Part shown: positions 30,464 to 40,152 of the stretch, piece by piece
Position numbering within the stretch: the stretch's first letter is position 1
Layout of the letters: every line of letters starts with the position of its first letter
The notes under the pieces: generated by a model
Told to the model about the DNA's origin: nothing
Seen by the model: only the letters and a program-made list of their open reading frames with translations
Databases searched by the model: none
Position numbers and translations under genes: made by a program
NCBI GenBank assembly: GCA_951813565.1
Contig: OX638351.1
Span: 3,808,001-3,872,000 of the forward strand
Source: an uncultured Poribacteria bacterium
Lineage (GTDB): Bacteria; Poribacteria; WGA-4E; WGA-3G
Length of the DNA: 64,000 bases
Direction of reading: 5' to 3'

Positions 30464-31351
30464 ATGCAAATTCCAAACTATTATCAGATCTTAGAGATTG
30501 GTCGAAATGCGACTGCGTCCGAAATAAAACAAGCATTCCGCAAACTTGCCAAAAGATACCACCCCGATAAACTTCATATTAACTTTGGACCGGATGAGGT
30601 GGCACATGCCAAACAGATGTTCCGTGAAGTTTGTAACGCTTACGATGTGCTACAGGACCAAAAACGCAAATCTGACTATGACCGTATATTACAGAACATT
30701 GAACGCAAGCAGCTATCATATAGATCGTATTTTGACAGACTCAATAGACTCAATCACGACTCCGCAAAATTGGAATTGCTGTTTCAAGCACTGCTGCATC
30801 AAAATTACGAAACAGGTATTTCCATTTATGAACAACTGTGTCAAAGGTGTGAAAAGAAGGGAACAAAATGGTGTATTGACGATTTTTTCAACTATGAGGA
30901 CAGTCGGGATTGCGAATTTCTTATTGCCGAAGCGTATCAGAATCTCGGATTTTCCAACGGCGATGTTTCTGTTTCAGAGAGACACCGAAAAATAGAATTG
31001 GCAATGCAAATTTATGAGTCTCTATTATCCGCAGAAGGACAACGGCCCTGTTTCAAGCACTTTATTAAAGAGGTAAAAGAACGTCTCAAAAGAATCTATC
31101 TTTATCACTTTAGTGTTGAAGGATACGAGCAGATGACCCAGATTTCATTAACGAAAATCCAGGCATTAAAACTTCCGAAGCGGGAAACGGCATGGATGTA
31201 TAAAAAGATAGCAGAATTCTACGTTGAAATTAATCTATTTCCTGAAGCACGAAAGGTTTTACTTATGGCGTTTGAACTGCAACCAAATCTTGCTGGTGCT
31301 AAGAAGATATGTAGGACTTTAAATATGGGAAACGAGAAGATGATTTCTTAG
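30464..31351 (+). CDS. J-domain protein with helical/TPR-like C terminus
   Basis: NYYQIL, IKQAFRKLAKRYHPDK, AYDVL.D..RK..YD. Confidence 0.85.
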   Translation: MQIPNYYQILEIGRNATASEIKQAFRKLAKRYHPDKLHINFGPDEVAHAKQMFREVCNAYDVLQDQKRKSDYDRILQNIERKQLSYRSYFDRLNRLNHDSAKLELLFQALLHQNYETGISIYEQLCQRCEKKGTKWCIDDFFNYEDSRDCEFLIAEAYQNLGFSNGDVSVSERHRKIELAMQIYESLLSAEGQRPCFKHFIKEVKERLKRIYLYHFSVEGYEQMTQISLTKIQALKLPKRETAWMYKKIAEFYVEINLFPEARKVLLMAFELQPNLAGAKKICRTLNMGNEKMIS

Positions 31352-31379
31352 ATTGAAAGTTGCACTGACAGGGAAAACT

Positions 31380-31577
31380 ATGCCTAATCTTTTTATAGAA
31401 TACCTTCTGGTACCAACACTAATTTTTGCTCTGGGCATTGTTTCATCAATCGTAATTTGGATTTATGCCTACCGTATAGGCGTTAGATGGTCTTGTCCGA
31501 ATTGTGCGCAAAGACAAACGGGATGGTCAACGCAGTGTCCGAGGTGCGGTGTTGTTTTCAAGGAATGGGAAGAATAG
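31380..31577 (+). CDS. Small membrane protein with C-terminal zinc ribbon
   Basis: One TM helix, CPNC...CPRC. Confidence 0.6.
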   Translation: MPNLFIEYLLVPTLIFALGIVSSIVIWIYAYRIGVRWSCPNCAQRQTGWSTQCPRCGVVFKEWEE

Positions 31578-31616
31578 AATAGCAATCTGAATCGTCCACA
31601 TATTAAGGAAATCCTA

Positions 31617-32504
31617 ATGCGAAAAGAGGTACGTTGGGAACGGATGTTCCCTGATGAATTAGAAGCTGCTTTTGCGGCATGTCCCAGCGTTTATTTTACT
31701 TATGGGTTGTGCGAACCGCACGGCCCACAGAATACCGTTGGGTTAGATTCACTCAAAGCACATGCAATCGCCTGTCGTGCAGCACAAAAGCACGGCGGCA
31801 TTGTCGCGCCTCCCGATTATTGGCATATCCATGAACACGGGATGTATGCCAACTGGGCACAACAGAATGTCGGTGAAGTGCGGAGTTGGCTTACCGCTAT
31901 GCCCGCATGGCAGCATTTCAAAAATGTGTGCTATCACGTCCGTGCTGCTGATGCGCTCGGATTCCACGCTGCTATCTTCCTCACGGGTCATTACGGACCT
32001 AATTGGCAAGACCTCAAAACACTTTTGGAGTTAATTCAACCTCACTTCGCTATGCGCGTATATGGACTGCCGGATTTCGAGGCAAATCACATCGGATTCA
32101 GCAAACAAGGTGATGGTGCAGACCATGCTGGTAGAGTTGAAACATCGTTGTTATGGGCGTTAGAACCAGACTGCGTTGATATGTCTCGGATGCCAGCAAA
32201 AGATGAACCAGGACCCCACTTCGCAATGGGCGGAAATGCTTATGACTCAGACCGGCGTATCGGTGAGCGCATGGTGGACGATGAAGTCACTTGGCTTGGC
32301 AACAAGATGCAGGAATTGCTTGATGCTTACGCACAACAGAATATCTCCGAACGCCAACCGGTAACCTTTGCGGAAGTTGAAAAGATTTGGACAGAACAGG
32401 TGACACCTGCTTTAAAAACCTTTAAGACGATGCAAAGGACAGGTGAATCGCCACCGGAAGATTCACAATGGTTCCGACAATGGAAACTACCAGAACTTTC
32501 ATAA
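31617..32504 (+). CDS. Creatininase family protein
   Basis: G..EPHGP...G.D, GH, DHAG..ETS motifs. Confidence 0.88.
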   Translation: MRKEVRWERMFPDELEAAFAACPSVYFTYGLCEPHGPQNTVGLDSLKAHAIACRAAQKHGGIVAPPDYWHIHEHGMYANWAQQNVGEVRSWLTAMPAWQHFKNVCYHVRAADALGFHAAIFLTGHYGPNWQDLKTLLELIQPHFAMRVYGLPDFEANHIGFSKQGDGADHAGRVETSLLWALEPDCVDMSRMPAKDEPGPHFAMGGNAYDSDRRIGERMVDDEVTWLGNKMQELLDAYAQQNISERQPVTFAEVEKIWTEQVTPALKTFKTMQRTGESPPEDSQWFRQWKLPELS

Positions 32505-32556
32505 AAGAGGGCATCACACAAGTTGAAGAGGTATTGATGTGTAGGAGACAATAACC

Positions 32557-34042
32557 ATGAAACAATATCTTCACACCACACTTCTTGGGCTTGCTATTTC
32601 GCTGACACTCACTGCTTTTGTAGTGAATGCGGATACCGCCAAAACAATGCCTTCTGAGGTCAGTTATAGCTACTACTACTCCTTAGGTGATCTTGAAAGG
32701 TCTCACCGTCTTTTAGCTTCCCCCGTACCCGAAGGGCTCACTTACCATGGTAGGATGATAGCCACTGCAAACATTGATGACACACCCGAAAAAGAAAACA
32801 TTGTTTTAATCGTTGTTGATACAGAACCTCGCACATTCTCCAGCAGTCCGGTGGACTTTGGCAACTGGCACCAAGCGTTTCTCCTCATTACGGACACCAA
32901 ATCATACTGGCATCCGAAACAAAAAGAGTTGTTCAAACTTTTTGATACGGGCACGCATCCGTTGGAGGTTCCAGCGAAAGTCATTGAACTTCATGATCCA
33001 CCCTCTGGTTTCAAGCAACCCACCGATGTCTCTTTTAGACTTGTGGATGTCACCGGCGATGGCATTTTAGATGTTTGGGTGGAATCTGCCCACGGGGTCG
33101 CACTCATCTCTTTTGAGAAGGATGAATTTAGGGAAGTCTTCAGCCGCCACACCGTGACCAGAGAGAAACTTGCAGAAGCTTTTGATGTCGAGTATTACTG
33201 GTACGATGTCCAGTTTGAGCCTGAGGGTCAAAAGTATCACCGCTTTTTGGCGACCCCTGCACCGGAAAAATCTTCTTACTGCACCCGGATGAGAGCCATC
33301 GCAAATATTGATGACACACCCGAAAAAGAGAACATTGTTCTGATGGTGCTTCAGGCGGGAGGAGAATGGCGCGAATGGGTTCAAGCGTTTCTCCTTATTA
33401 CGGACACCCAAACAAACGGGGTTCCTAAGAAAAAAGAGTTGTTCAAACTTTTTGATGCTGGCACGCATCATATCGATGTCCCGGGGATGGACGAAGAGAG
33501 GTTCACCTTGGGCTTTCAAGGGTGTCTCCTTTGAACTCGTTGATTTGACGGGCGATGGCATTTTAGACATCTGGGTTGACCATGCCGAGGGTGTCGCTGT
33601 GATTTCTTTTCAAAACGGTGAGTTCAAAGAGGTCTGCAGTGCCTATACTTCTCACAAAGCGGATCTCCCAGAATATATTGACTTGAATAATGATGGCATC
33701 TACGAGATCAAAATTCCCGACAGCATATCTATCGATGGTCCTACAGCAGCATATCTGCCATGGATGAGCCTCTACGAGTGGGATGGAAACACTTATGTCT
33801 TGAACAACGAAAGATTTTACACCGAGAATGACGATTTCTTCATTCAATTATTGGAGCAGTATATTTTTTGGCGCCATTTTACAAAAAACGAGGTATACCA
33901 TTTTCACATGGGGTTGGTCTATTACTATCGCGGCAATGTTCCAATGGCGCGAGAACTTTTACAATGGGTCGTCGGAGATACTGAGAAGCAAGATTACATT
34001 CAAGCGGCTGAATCTATTTTGGATAAATTGCCTCCCCAGTGA
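32557..34042 (+). pseudogene. Secreted protein with two internal repeats (D.TGDG.LD loops) and C-terminal TPR-like helix pair, frameshifted near 33487
   Basis: Second ANIDDTPEKENIV...ELFKLFD.GTH repeat ends in ORF 32557-33534 and resumes (VSFELVDLTGDGILDIWV) in ORF 33452-34042. Confidence 0.75.
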
Positions 34043-34147
34043 AGATAAAATAAAGAAAATGGAAGGTAGGTTTTGACTGAGATTGTTGCCCACCACACAC
34101 CCAATACGAAGGTAGATTTTATATCTACTTGACAGAGAGGACACCGT

Positions 34148-34909
34148 ATGGAAAATACAAGCGCACAACTCGCTGAAAATTATCAAAAAGACGGATTCCT
34201 GACTGGCATCCACGTCGCTGAAAATGCTGAAGCCTCACACTTTCGTAAAGAATATGATGCGTTAGAAGCAGAAGTCGGCGCAGAAAAATGTGAAATTGGA
34301 CTGATAGATTGGCATTTTGATTATAAATTTATTTGGGACATCGCAATACACCCCAAAATTGTTGATGTTATTGAAGCACTCATCGGACCAGATGTGATGT
34401 TGTTAGCTACACACTTTTTCTGCAAATATGGACCGCGTGAGAAATTTGTTGCATGGCATCAAGACGTAACGTATTGGGGACTTGAACCACCGGACGCGGT
34501 TACCGCTTGGTATGCCATTGATGACAGCGACACAGGAAACGGATGTATGCGGGTGATTCCCAGAAGCCACCACCAAGGTGTTCAAGAGCATGGTAAATCG
34601 GAACAGGAAGGCAATCTACTGAGCATCAATCAGGAAGTTCCGGTCACCGAAGCGGCAGCAGAGACTGCAGTTGATCTTATCTTAAAGGCTGGTGAGATGT
34701 CTATTCATCACGGACAGATAATTCACGGTAGTCTACCGAACCATTCTACGCGGCGGCGATGCGGCTTGACAATTCGCTATATCCCACCATCAGTGAGGCA
34801 AGCAGAGGATAATTCGCTGAAACGCCCGTGGAAACCGATTCTCTTACGTGGTGAAGATCGGTACCGGAATTTTACTACCGTGCCAAGCCCGTTCCCGTTT
34901 CATAGATAA
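34148..34909 (+). CDS. Phytanoyl-CoA dioxygenase (PhyH) family protein
   Basis: WHQD.TYW, NGCM.VIP.SH, HGS.PN.S..RR. Confidence 0.92.
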   Translation: MENTSAQLAENYQKDGFLTGIHVAENAEASHFRKEYDALEAEVGAEKCEIGLIDWHFDYKFIWDIAIHPKIVDVIEALIGPDVMLLATHFFCKYGPREKFVAWHQDVTYWGLEPPDAVTAWYAIDDSDTGNGCMRVIPRSHHQGVQEHGKSEQEGNLLSINQEVPVTEAAAETAVDLILKAGEMSIHHGQIIHGSLPNHSTRRRCGLTIRYIPPSVRQAEDNSLKRPWKPILLRGEDRYRNFTTVPSPFPFHR

Positions 34910-34980
34910 TTTAGTCTGCTGTAGGCGCGCATTGTAAGTGCGCCACTAATAGTGTTCAAAGTAATTTATGTTCTACTATA

Positions 34981-35138
34981 TAAACCTAAGTTGCTACGGA
35001 CAAGATTTCAAGTTAGCAAACACTGCTTTTTACTGAAAAAACAAGGCTTTTTCGCTGATTCTTATGTTTTTTGTTCTAAATCGGGGTTAGAAACCCCTCC
35101 TACAAGAGCATTTGCGAAATAGGTGGCAACTTGGGTTA
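34981..35138. repeat. ~157-bp MITE, copy 1
   Basis: ACCTAAGTTGC...GCAACTTGGGT ends; inverted homolog at 56941-57097. Confidence 0.85.
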
Positions 35139-35206
35139 TATAAACGAACTTTGGGTAAGACCTGTTGAGAAGGGTCAATTCTAATTTGAAAAACAAAGGA
35201 ATTAAA

Positions 35207-36166
35207 ATGAAAATTGCTTTTATTGGTGTTGGTGGAATTGCAGGTAATTACCGACGCAGCCTAAAACAACTGCAACGTCCAGTTGCATCCGTGTGTGATA
35301 TAAACGCAGATCGCGCGGCAGCTATTGCCGCCGAAGAAAATGCTACTGCATACACAGCTCATCAAGAAATGCTGCAGACAGAAAATCCAGATGTGGTGTT
35401 TATCTGTATTCCTCCAGGCGCACACGCGACGCAGGTCGCTGATGCTGCAAAGTCTGACGCTGCAGTTTTTGTTGCCAAACCTGTGGCACAGGATTTGAAA
35501 ACTGCACAAAATGCTTGTGATGCCATTCAAGGCGCAGGAGTCATCAATCAAGTTGGCTATATGGCGCGGTATAGCGACATCACTGACAAAGCGAAGGAGT
35601 TAGTTGGTAATCAGAAACTAACCATGGCTATCGGACGGTTTCTCGCAAGAATGGGGGCAAGCCATCCGTGGTGGGGTAAATTTGAAGTATCTCGTGGGCA
35701 AATGGTTGAGCAGACTACCCACGTCTTTGACCTAATCCGTTACTTTCTCGGCGATGTTGAAAGCGTTCATGCTTACGGTATCAAAGGCGTTTCCGACGGT
35801 ATTGCAGATTTTGAGGAGTGCACCGTCTGTAATCTTAAGTTTAAGGACGGTGCTGTAGCAAGCATTACCAGTACCTGTGTTGCTCGCGCGCATGACAATT
35901 TTGCTACCGAATTGGTAGGTGATGACATCTATATCAAACTTACGCACGATCTCGGTTTACGCGGCCAAATCGGAGGCGAAGGGGTTGAATTTACTGGTGC
36001 AGAAGCCGGTTATTTCCGACAGGTTGAGCAGTTTATTAAAGCGGTTGAAGCGAATGACCAAAGTTTAGTGCGTTCTTCCTACGAAGATGCATTCAAAACA
36101 CTTGCAGTTACACTTGCTGCGAATCGCTCGTTAGAGACTGGACAAGTTGAACCGGTTGTGGAGTGA
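35207..36166 (+). CDS. Gfo/Idh/MocA oxidoreductase
   Basis: IGVGGI, PP..H, AKP (usual EKP), EQ.TH..D; AAAGGA RBS. Confidence 0.88.
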   Translation: MKIAFIGVGGIAGNYRRSLKQLQRPVASVCDINADRAAAIAAEENATAYTAHQEMLQTENPDVVFICIPPGAHATQVADAAKSDAAVFVAKPVAQDLKTAQNACDAIQGAGVINQVGYMARYSDITDKAKELVGNQKLTMAIGRFLARMGASHPWWGKFEVSRGQMVEQTTHVFDLIRYFLGDVESVHAYGIKGVSDGIADFEECTVCNLKFKDGAVASITSTCVARAHDNFATELVGDDIYIKLTHDLGLRGQIGGEGVEFTGAEAGYFRQVEQFIKAVEANDQSLVRSSYEDAFKTLAVTLAANRSLETGQVEPVVE

Positions 36167-36227
36167 AAAGGGGAATCGATTTTATCAAATAGTGCTTCGT
36201 TCATTTTCAATTTCGGGTCTAAAGAAT

Positions 36228-36730
36228 TCAACGCTTAGTTGATTTTGCCAAAGCGAGTGCAAGGTTCTCTTTTTTACCGCATCGCGTTGTATTGATTGGA
36301 AATTCCTCTCCTCGAAATTTAATTCTGGCAGTTCTAAGCTTGTTTCGTTGGGTAGTGTGCATCCTTCGCCCATGAATTAGGACTGGTATAAGGTTAATTT
36401 CAGTACCCTTTGGAGTGCAATTGTCGGCAATACGCGCCCCTTCTTGCAGTTGGGCAACTGCCTCTGATGCATTAACATGCCACTTTTGAGTTCCATAGGA
36501 ACCCCGATCAGACAATTCTGCTCATCGTCAATGTGAAAAAGAATAAAGTCACATTGGCTTGTCTTCGCTTTATCTGTTGAAAATGCAACGTCTACATCCA
36601 ACACCACACGGTTTGCAGGTTTCGATTTTAGCTTAGCCAAAGAGACCTTACATCCTTGTCGTGTATATGATTTAGCTTTTCTGTCACCTACCCATTGACG
36701 AATCTCATCCAAAGTTTCATACAGATTCAC
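36228..36730 (-). pseudogene. Putative PD-(D/E)xK-type nuclease, frameshifted near 36478
   Basis: CDFILF...MELKSG in one frame continues as VNASEAVAQLQEGA in another; GTG 36730 overlaps ATPase end. Confidence 0.6.
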
Positions 36731-38174
36731 GGTTGCGTCTACCTTTCTGTTTCTCATACTTTTGTTGCAGATTCACCGAACGGTTGTAAAGTCCTTCAGC
36801 AACGTCTTCGTAATCCTCTGGAGAGATACCTGCTCTTGAATGGAACGGGATTTCTGCCACAGGGACATCCTTTTGAAAATTCCAAATACCCACTTCCTCT
36901 GGTAACAACCAACTTCCCGATTCCTCGGTTTCATTTTCAATTAGCCCTTCAAGAATTAGGTTTCCTATTTCCTGAAGCAACCAATCACTGTGTGTGGTAA
37001 TTATTACCTTCACACCTGCACGCGCTAAACGCGCGAGAATGACCGCCATGTCCGCTTGGGCGCCAGGGTGAAGGTGTGCTTCTGGTTCCTCAATGATGAG
37101 TGTATCACCCGGTTGAACGAGACCTCGGAGATATAGCACCAAGGGGGCAAGTTCAGATACCATTGATGAAGATTGACTAAGACGAAATTCTTCATTAGTA
37201 ACATGCGGAATATAGCGGAAGTCAGGATAACCACTGCCTGAAGGCTGCACACGGATCTGCCCAGAAAGAACTTCGTTTTCCAATGTTTCTGCTATATGTG
37301 CCATATTGTCTTTTGGAACTATCTCGTCCTGAAAAAGAATAATCCTTTCCATAAAGTCTGCTATCACTCCTGACATAGTGGGAACCTCAGGAAAACGCTC
37401 CAAGCCTACTCTGGTTGATCGCTTTACAAGTGAACTTGCTATGACACGGTGACTTTGCATGATGCCGCTTCGAGCGGCAGGAAGGTAATACATGCTCCGG
37501 CTTTTAGGACTACTTAGACTTTTTATGTGAATACTATTATCATCTATGCATGATTCTGCGTCAACTGACCAGTTCTTCGGAATTATGACCATATCCTGCT
37601 CATTGGAGGTATCTATGTTTACCTCAGATTCAGTAATACAGATTTTATAATTCCAGTATTCCTGATTCTGTCTACTAGCCTTCAGCAAGATTGTATGTTC
37701 ATCCTGTTCACCATTTAAACGCATTACTTCAGAAAAGGAATTAAGGTTGAAGCAATTTTTGAGTTCGTCTTCTAATTCTGCTTTAAAATATACATGTTCT
37801 TTTATGATAGAATGAAATCTGTTACGCATTTCTACGGGTAAATCGGAGAATTTGAAGGATTCTTCTGAATTTTTTAATTGTCTTAGAATATTGTGTAATT
37901 CTGTTTCAGGAATTGCTTGTCCTTTGAATATCTCGCTCAATAGAAGGAAAATCATCGCAGATTGGAAAGGAAATAGTGGTTCTGAACTTGAAATACTGTT
38001 ATACATTCTGTGCAAAGCATACACAAGCGTAGCAAAATATGTCTTACCAGTGTTGCTGGGGCCAACAAACACCGTCAATGGACGCAAATCAATGTTAGCT
38101 TCCGCAATAGGTCCAAAATTTTTGACTTCAATTTCAATCTTTAGCTGCTCTTGTGTGTCTTTGACTTCACTCAT
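36717..38174 (-). CDS. ABC-type/AAA_15-AAA_21-like ATPase
   Basis: VKNFGPI, GPSNTGKT, PAARSG, SSSMV, IIEEPEAHLHP, ITTHSD. Confidence 0.9.
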   Translation of the reverse strand: MSEVKDTQEQLKIEIEVKNFGPIAEANIDLRPLTVFVGPSNTGKTYFATLVYALHRMYNSISSSEPLFPFQSAMIFLLLSEIFKGQAIPETELHNILRQLKNSEESFKFSDLPVEMRNRFHSIIKEHVYFKAELEDELKNCFNLNSFSEVMRLNGEQDEHTILLKASRQNQEYWNYKICITESEVNIDTSNEQDMVIIPKNWSVDAESCIDDNSIHIKSLSSPKSRSMYYLPAARSGIMQSHRVIASSLVKRSTRVGLERFPEVPTMSGVIADFMERIILFQDEIVPKDNMAHIAETLENEVLSGQIRVQPSGSGYPDFRYIPHVTNEEFRLSQSSSMVSELAPLVLYLRGLVQPGDTLIIEEPEAHLHPGAQADMAVILARLARAGVKVIITTHSDWLLQEIGNLILEGLIENETEESGSWLLPEEVGIWNFQKDVPVAEIPFHSRAGISPEDYEDVAEGLYNRSVNLQQKYEKQKGRRNRESV

Positions 38175-38208
38175 CGTTATATCCTCAAATATAAATTGCT
38201 TATGTAGA

Positions 38209-39579
38209 TTAGAAAAACATCAAATATGGTTTGTCAACAATCTCCCGCCACAACAGGACCGCGAGTTCACGTGCGTGATAATCACCCCACATAGATGCCT
38301 CTCCACACGGAATCTTCCTGCCTTCAGGCACATAATCCCATCCATTCGGACGGTGATACACAGAGTGCAATATCAACCCTTGATGTGTGTCAGAAGTAGA
38401 AAGGTACGGTTCAGCAAAAAGTGTCTTGGCTACCGTCAGACCTGCTTGGTAATAAGAATTGCCTGCATCTTGTTCCCCGTGTTTTTTGAGGTAGTTGCCA
38501 AGGCGAATGAGTCCTTGTGCAGCAATCGCGGCTGCGGAACTATCTACGGGTTCAATATCGTTATATGGGTCAGCGGGGGATGCCAAGTAATCACCGAGTT
38601 CTGCTAAACCGGGAGCACCTGTATCCCAATACGGAATGCCATCTTGTGCTGTGTTTTCAATGTAGAAATTGGCAGTGGCTTCAGCTGCTTTTCGCATGTG
38701 CGCTGTCGCCTCTGCATAGCCACCGTAAGGTTCAAGGTCATCTTCAGTTAGCGTATCAAAAAATTCAAGTTGTTCAGCGTAACCTGTGATAATCCATGCC
38801 AATCCACGCGTCCATGTAGAAAATGGCGAATAACCTTGCTGTGTGCTTGGACAACGATAGTTTCCATCGTTTGTATTGAAGATAGACTCATGCACAACCC
38901 GTCCACGCACGTCGAAAGCGTCACGACCTTCACCATAGTACACGTTGTATTTCGCTGTTGTCCGAGAATGCTGAATTAGCCGTTCTAATAGATTGATAGC
39001 AACATCGCCTTCACTCATCAGCACAGCACCGAGTGTGTGTCCGACTGCTAACACCCGCAATGAACGGATAGTATCTGAAAAAAGCGAATGCGGTCCGTTG
39101 AAAGAAGCGATATACCCAGTACCATCTTTAATCCGCGTCCAGCGACTCGCTTGTACTGCAGCGGAAGCTTTGAGTGCAAGTTCGTAGAAATGCATCTCGC
39201 TGTCGTTCCATGGAATTACACCCTCGTGCATCAGTCGGCGCAAGTTGCCATAAGTGGAGCCGTTGTTAAATCCGTGGTCATGCACACCGATATGTGTGAC
39301 ATGCGGTGCCATCTTCTCAATCGTGTTCTGTCTGCCGATTTCAAGAAACTGCTCATCACCCGTAGCATCGAATTGAAGGATAGCGGAGCCGAATTGGAAT
39401 CCTTGTGTCCACTCTGTCCAACCTCGCGTCGTGTAAGTGCCAGCAACGGTGAAAACAGGTGTGCCTTTTTCTGACGGCCATGTGTCTTCTATAGCCATAA
39501 TCTTTTGTCCTGAGTATTCAAAAAGCCTTTCTATTTGCGGCTTTAGGTCTTGAATTTGCAATGAATTATTTATCTGCAT
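38209..39579 (-). CDS. Glycoside hydrolase family 88-like (unsaturated glucuronyl hydrolase)
   Basis: WT.GF, HDHGF, QQGY..STWTRG.AW, PYWD, DSSAAAI, WGDY. Confidence 0.85.
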   Translation of the reverse strand: MQINNSLQIQDLKPQIERLFEYSGQKIMAIEDTWPSEKGTPVFTVAGTYTTRGWTEWTQGFQFGSAILQFDATGDEQFLEIGRQNTIEKMAPHVTHIGVHDHGFNNGSTYGNLRRLMHEGVIPWNDSEMHFYELALKASAAVQASRWTRIKDGTGYIASFNGPHSLFSDTIRSLRVLAVGHTLGAVLMSEGDVAINLLERLIQHSRTTAKYNVYYGEGRDAFDVRGRVVHESIFNTNDGNYRCPSTQQGYSPFSTWTRGLAWIITGYAEQLEFFDTLTEDDLEPYGGYAEATAHMRKAAEATANFYIENTAQDGIPYWDTGAPGLAELGDYLASPADPYNDIEPVDSSAAAIAAQGLIRLGNYLKKHGEQDAGNSYYQAGLTVAKTLFAEPYLSTSDTHQGLILHSVYHRPNGWDYVPEGRKIPCGEASMWGDYHARELAVLLWREIVDKPYLMFF

Positions 39580-39642
39580 ATATCCTCAATTTCTGTTCAA
39601 GGAGTTCAGTATATCGTTTACAACCTGCATACTATTTCACGA

Positions 39643-40125
39643 TTATCTATATCGTTCACATATTACTTCTATAAGGTTTGTTGTGGATTTACCCGGGACG
39701 TTTAGTCCAACGATGACCTTACCACCGTTTTCCTCAACGACCTCCCTTTCGATCAACTGCTCTAATTTATAGTCGCCACCTTTAACGTGAATACTCGGTT
39801 TGAGTTCAGAAAGCAATTCAATCGGTGTTAACTCTGGAAAAATCACCACATAATCAACACATTCCAACCCAGCGAGCATTTCAGCGCGTTCATTTTCGGG
39901 AACGAGCGGACGATTTTCACCTTTCAATTCCCGTACGGAACTATCGCTGTTGACCGCCACTACAAGCATATCTCCCAGTTGTCGTGCTGCTTGAAGATAT
40001 CTTAGATGCCCTAAATGTAGTACATCAAAACAACCGTTGGTAGTGACAACAACGTTTCCACCTGCTTTTGCTTGCTGAAGGCGGGATGCAAGTTCGCTGC
40101 GCTGATAGATTTTTTGATTTACCAT
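39643..40125 (-). CDS. rfaE2: D-glycero-beta-D-manno-heptose 1-phosphate adenylyltransferase
   Basis: TNGCFDVLHLGH, NSDSSV..LKG..RP, KGGDY, STT. Confidence 0.9.
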   Translation of the reverse strand: MVNQKIYQRSELASRLQQAKAGGNVVVTTNGCFDVLHLGHLRYLQAARQLGDMLVVAVNSDSSVRELKGENRPLVPENERAEMLAGLECVDYVVIFPELTPIELLSELKPSIHVKGGDYKLEQLIEREVVEENGGKVIVGLNVPGKSTTNLIEVICERYR

Positions 40126-40152
40126 ATTCTATTTCCAAAGTTTTGAACAATC

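Noticed and set aside
32700..33620. Diversity-generating retroelement template/variable repeats
   Set aside because: Repeats are coding domain duplicates with no evident adenine-specific differences; no reverse transcriptase in window
37852..38607. Long antisense ORFs (37852-38607, 44411-45076, 15035-15592, 57575-58093)
   Set aside because: Shadows of well-supported opposite-strand genes
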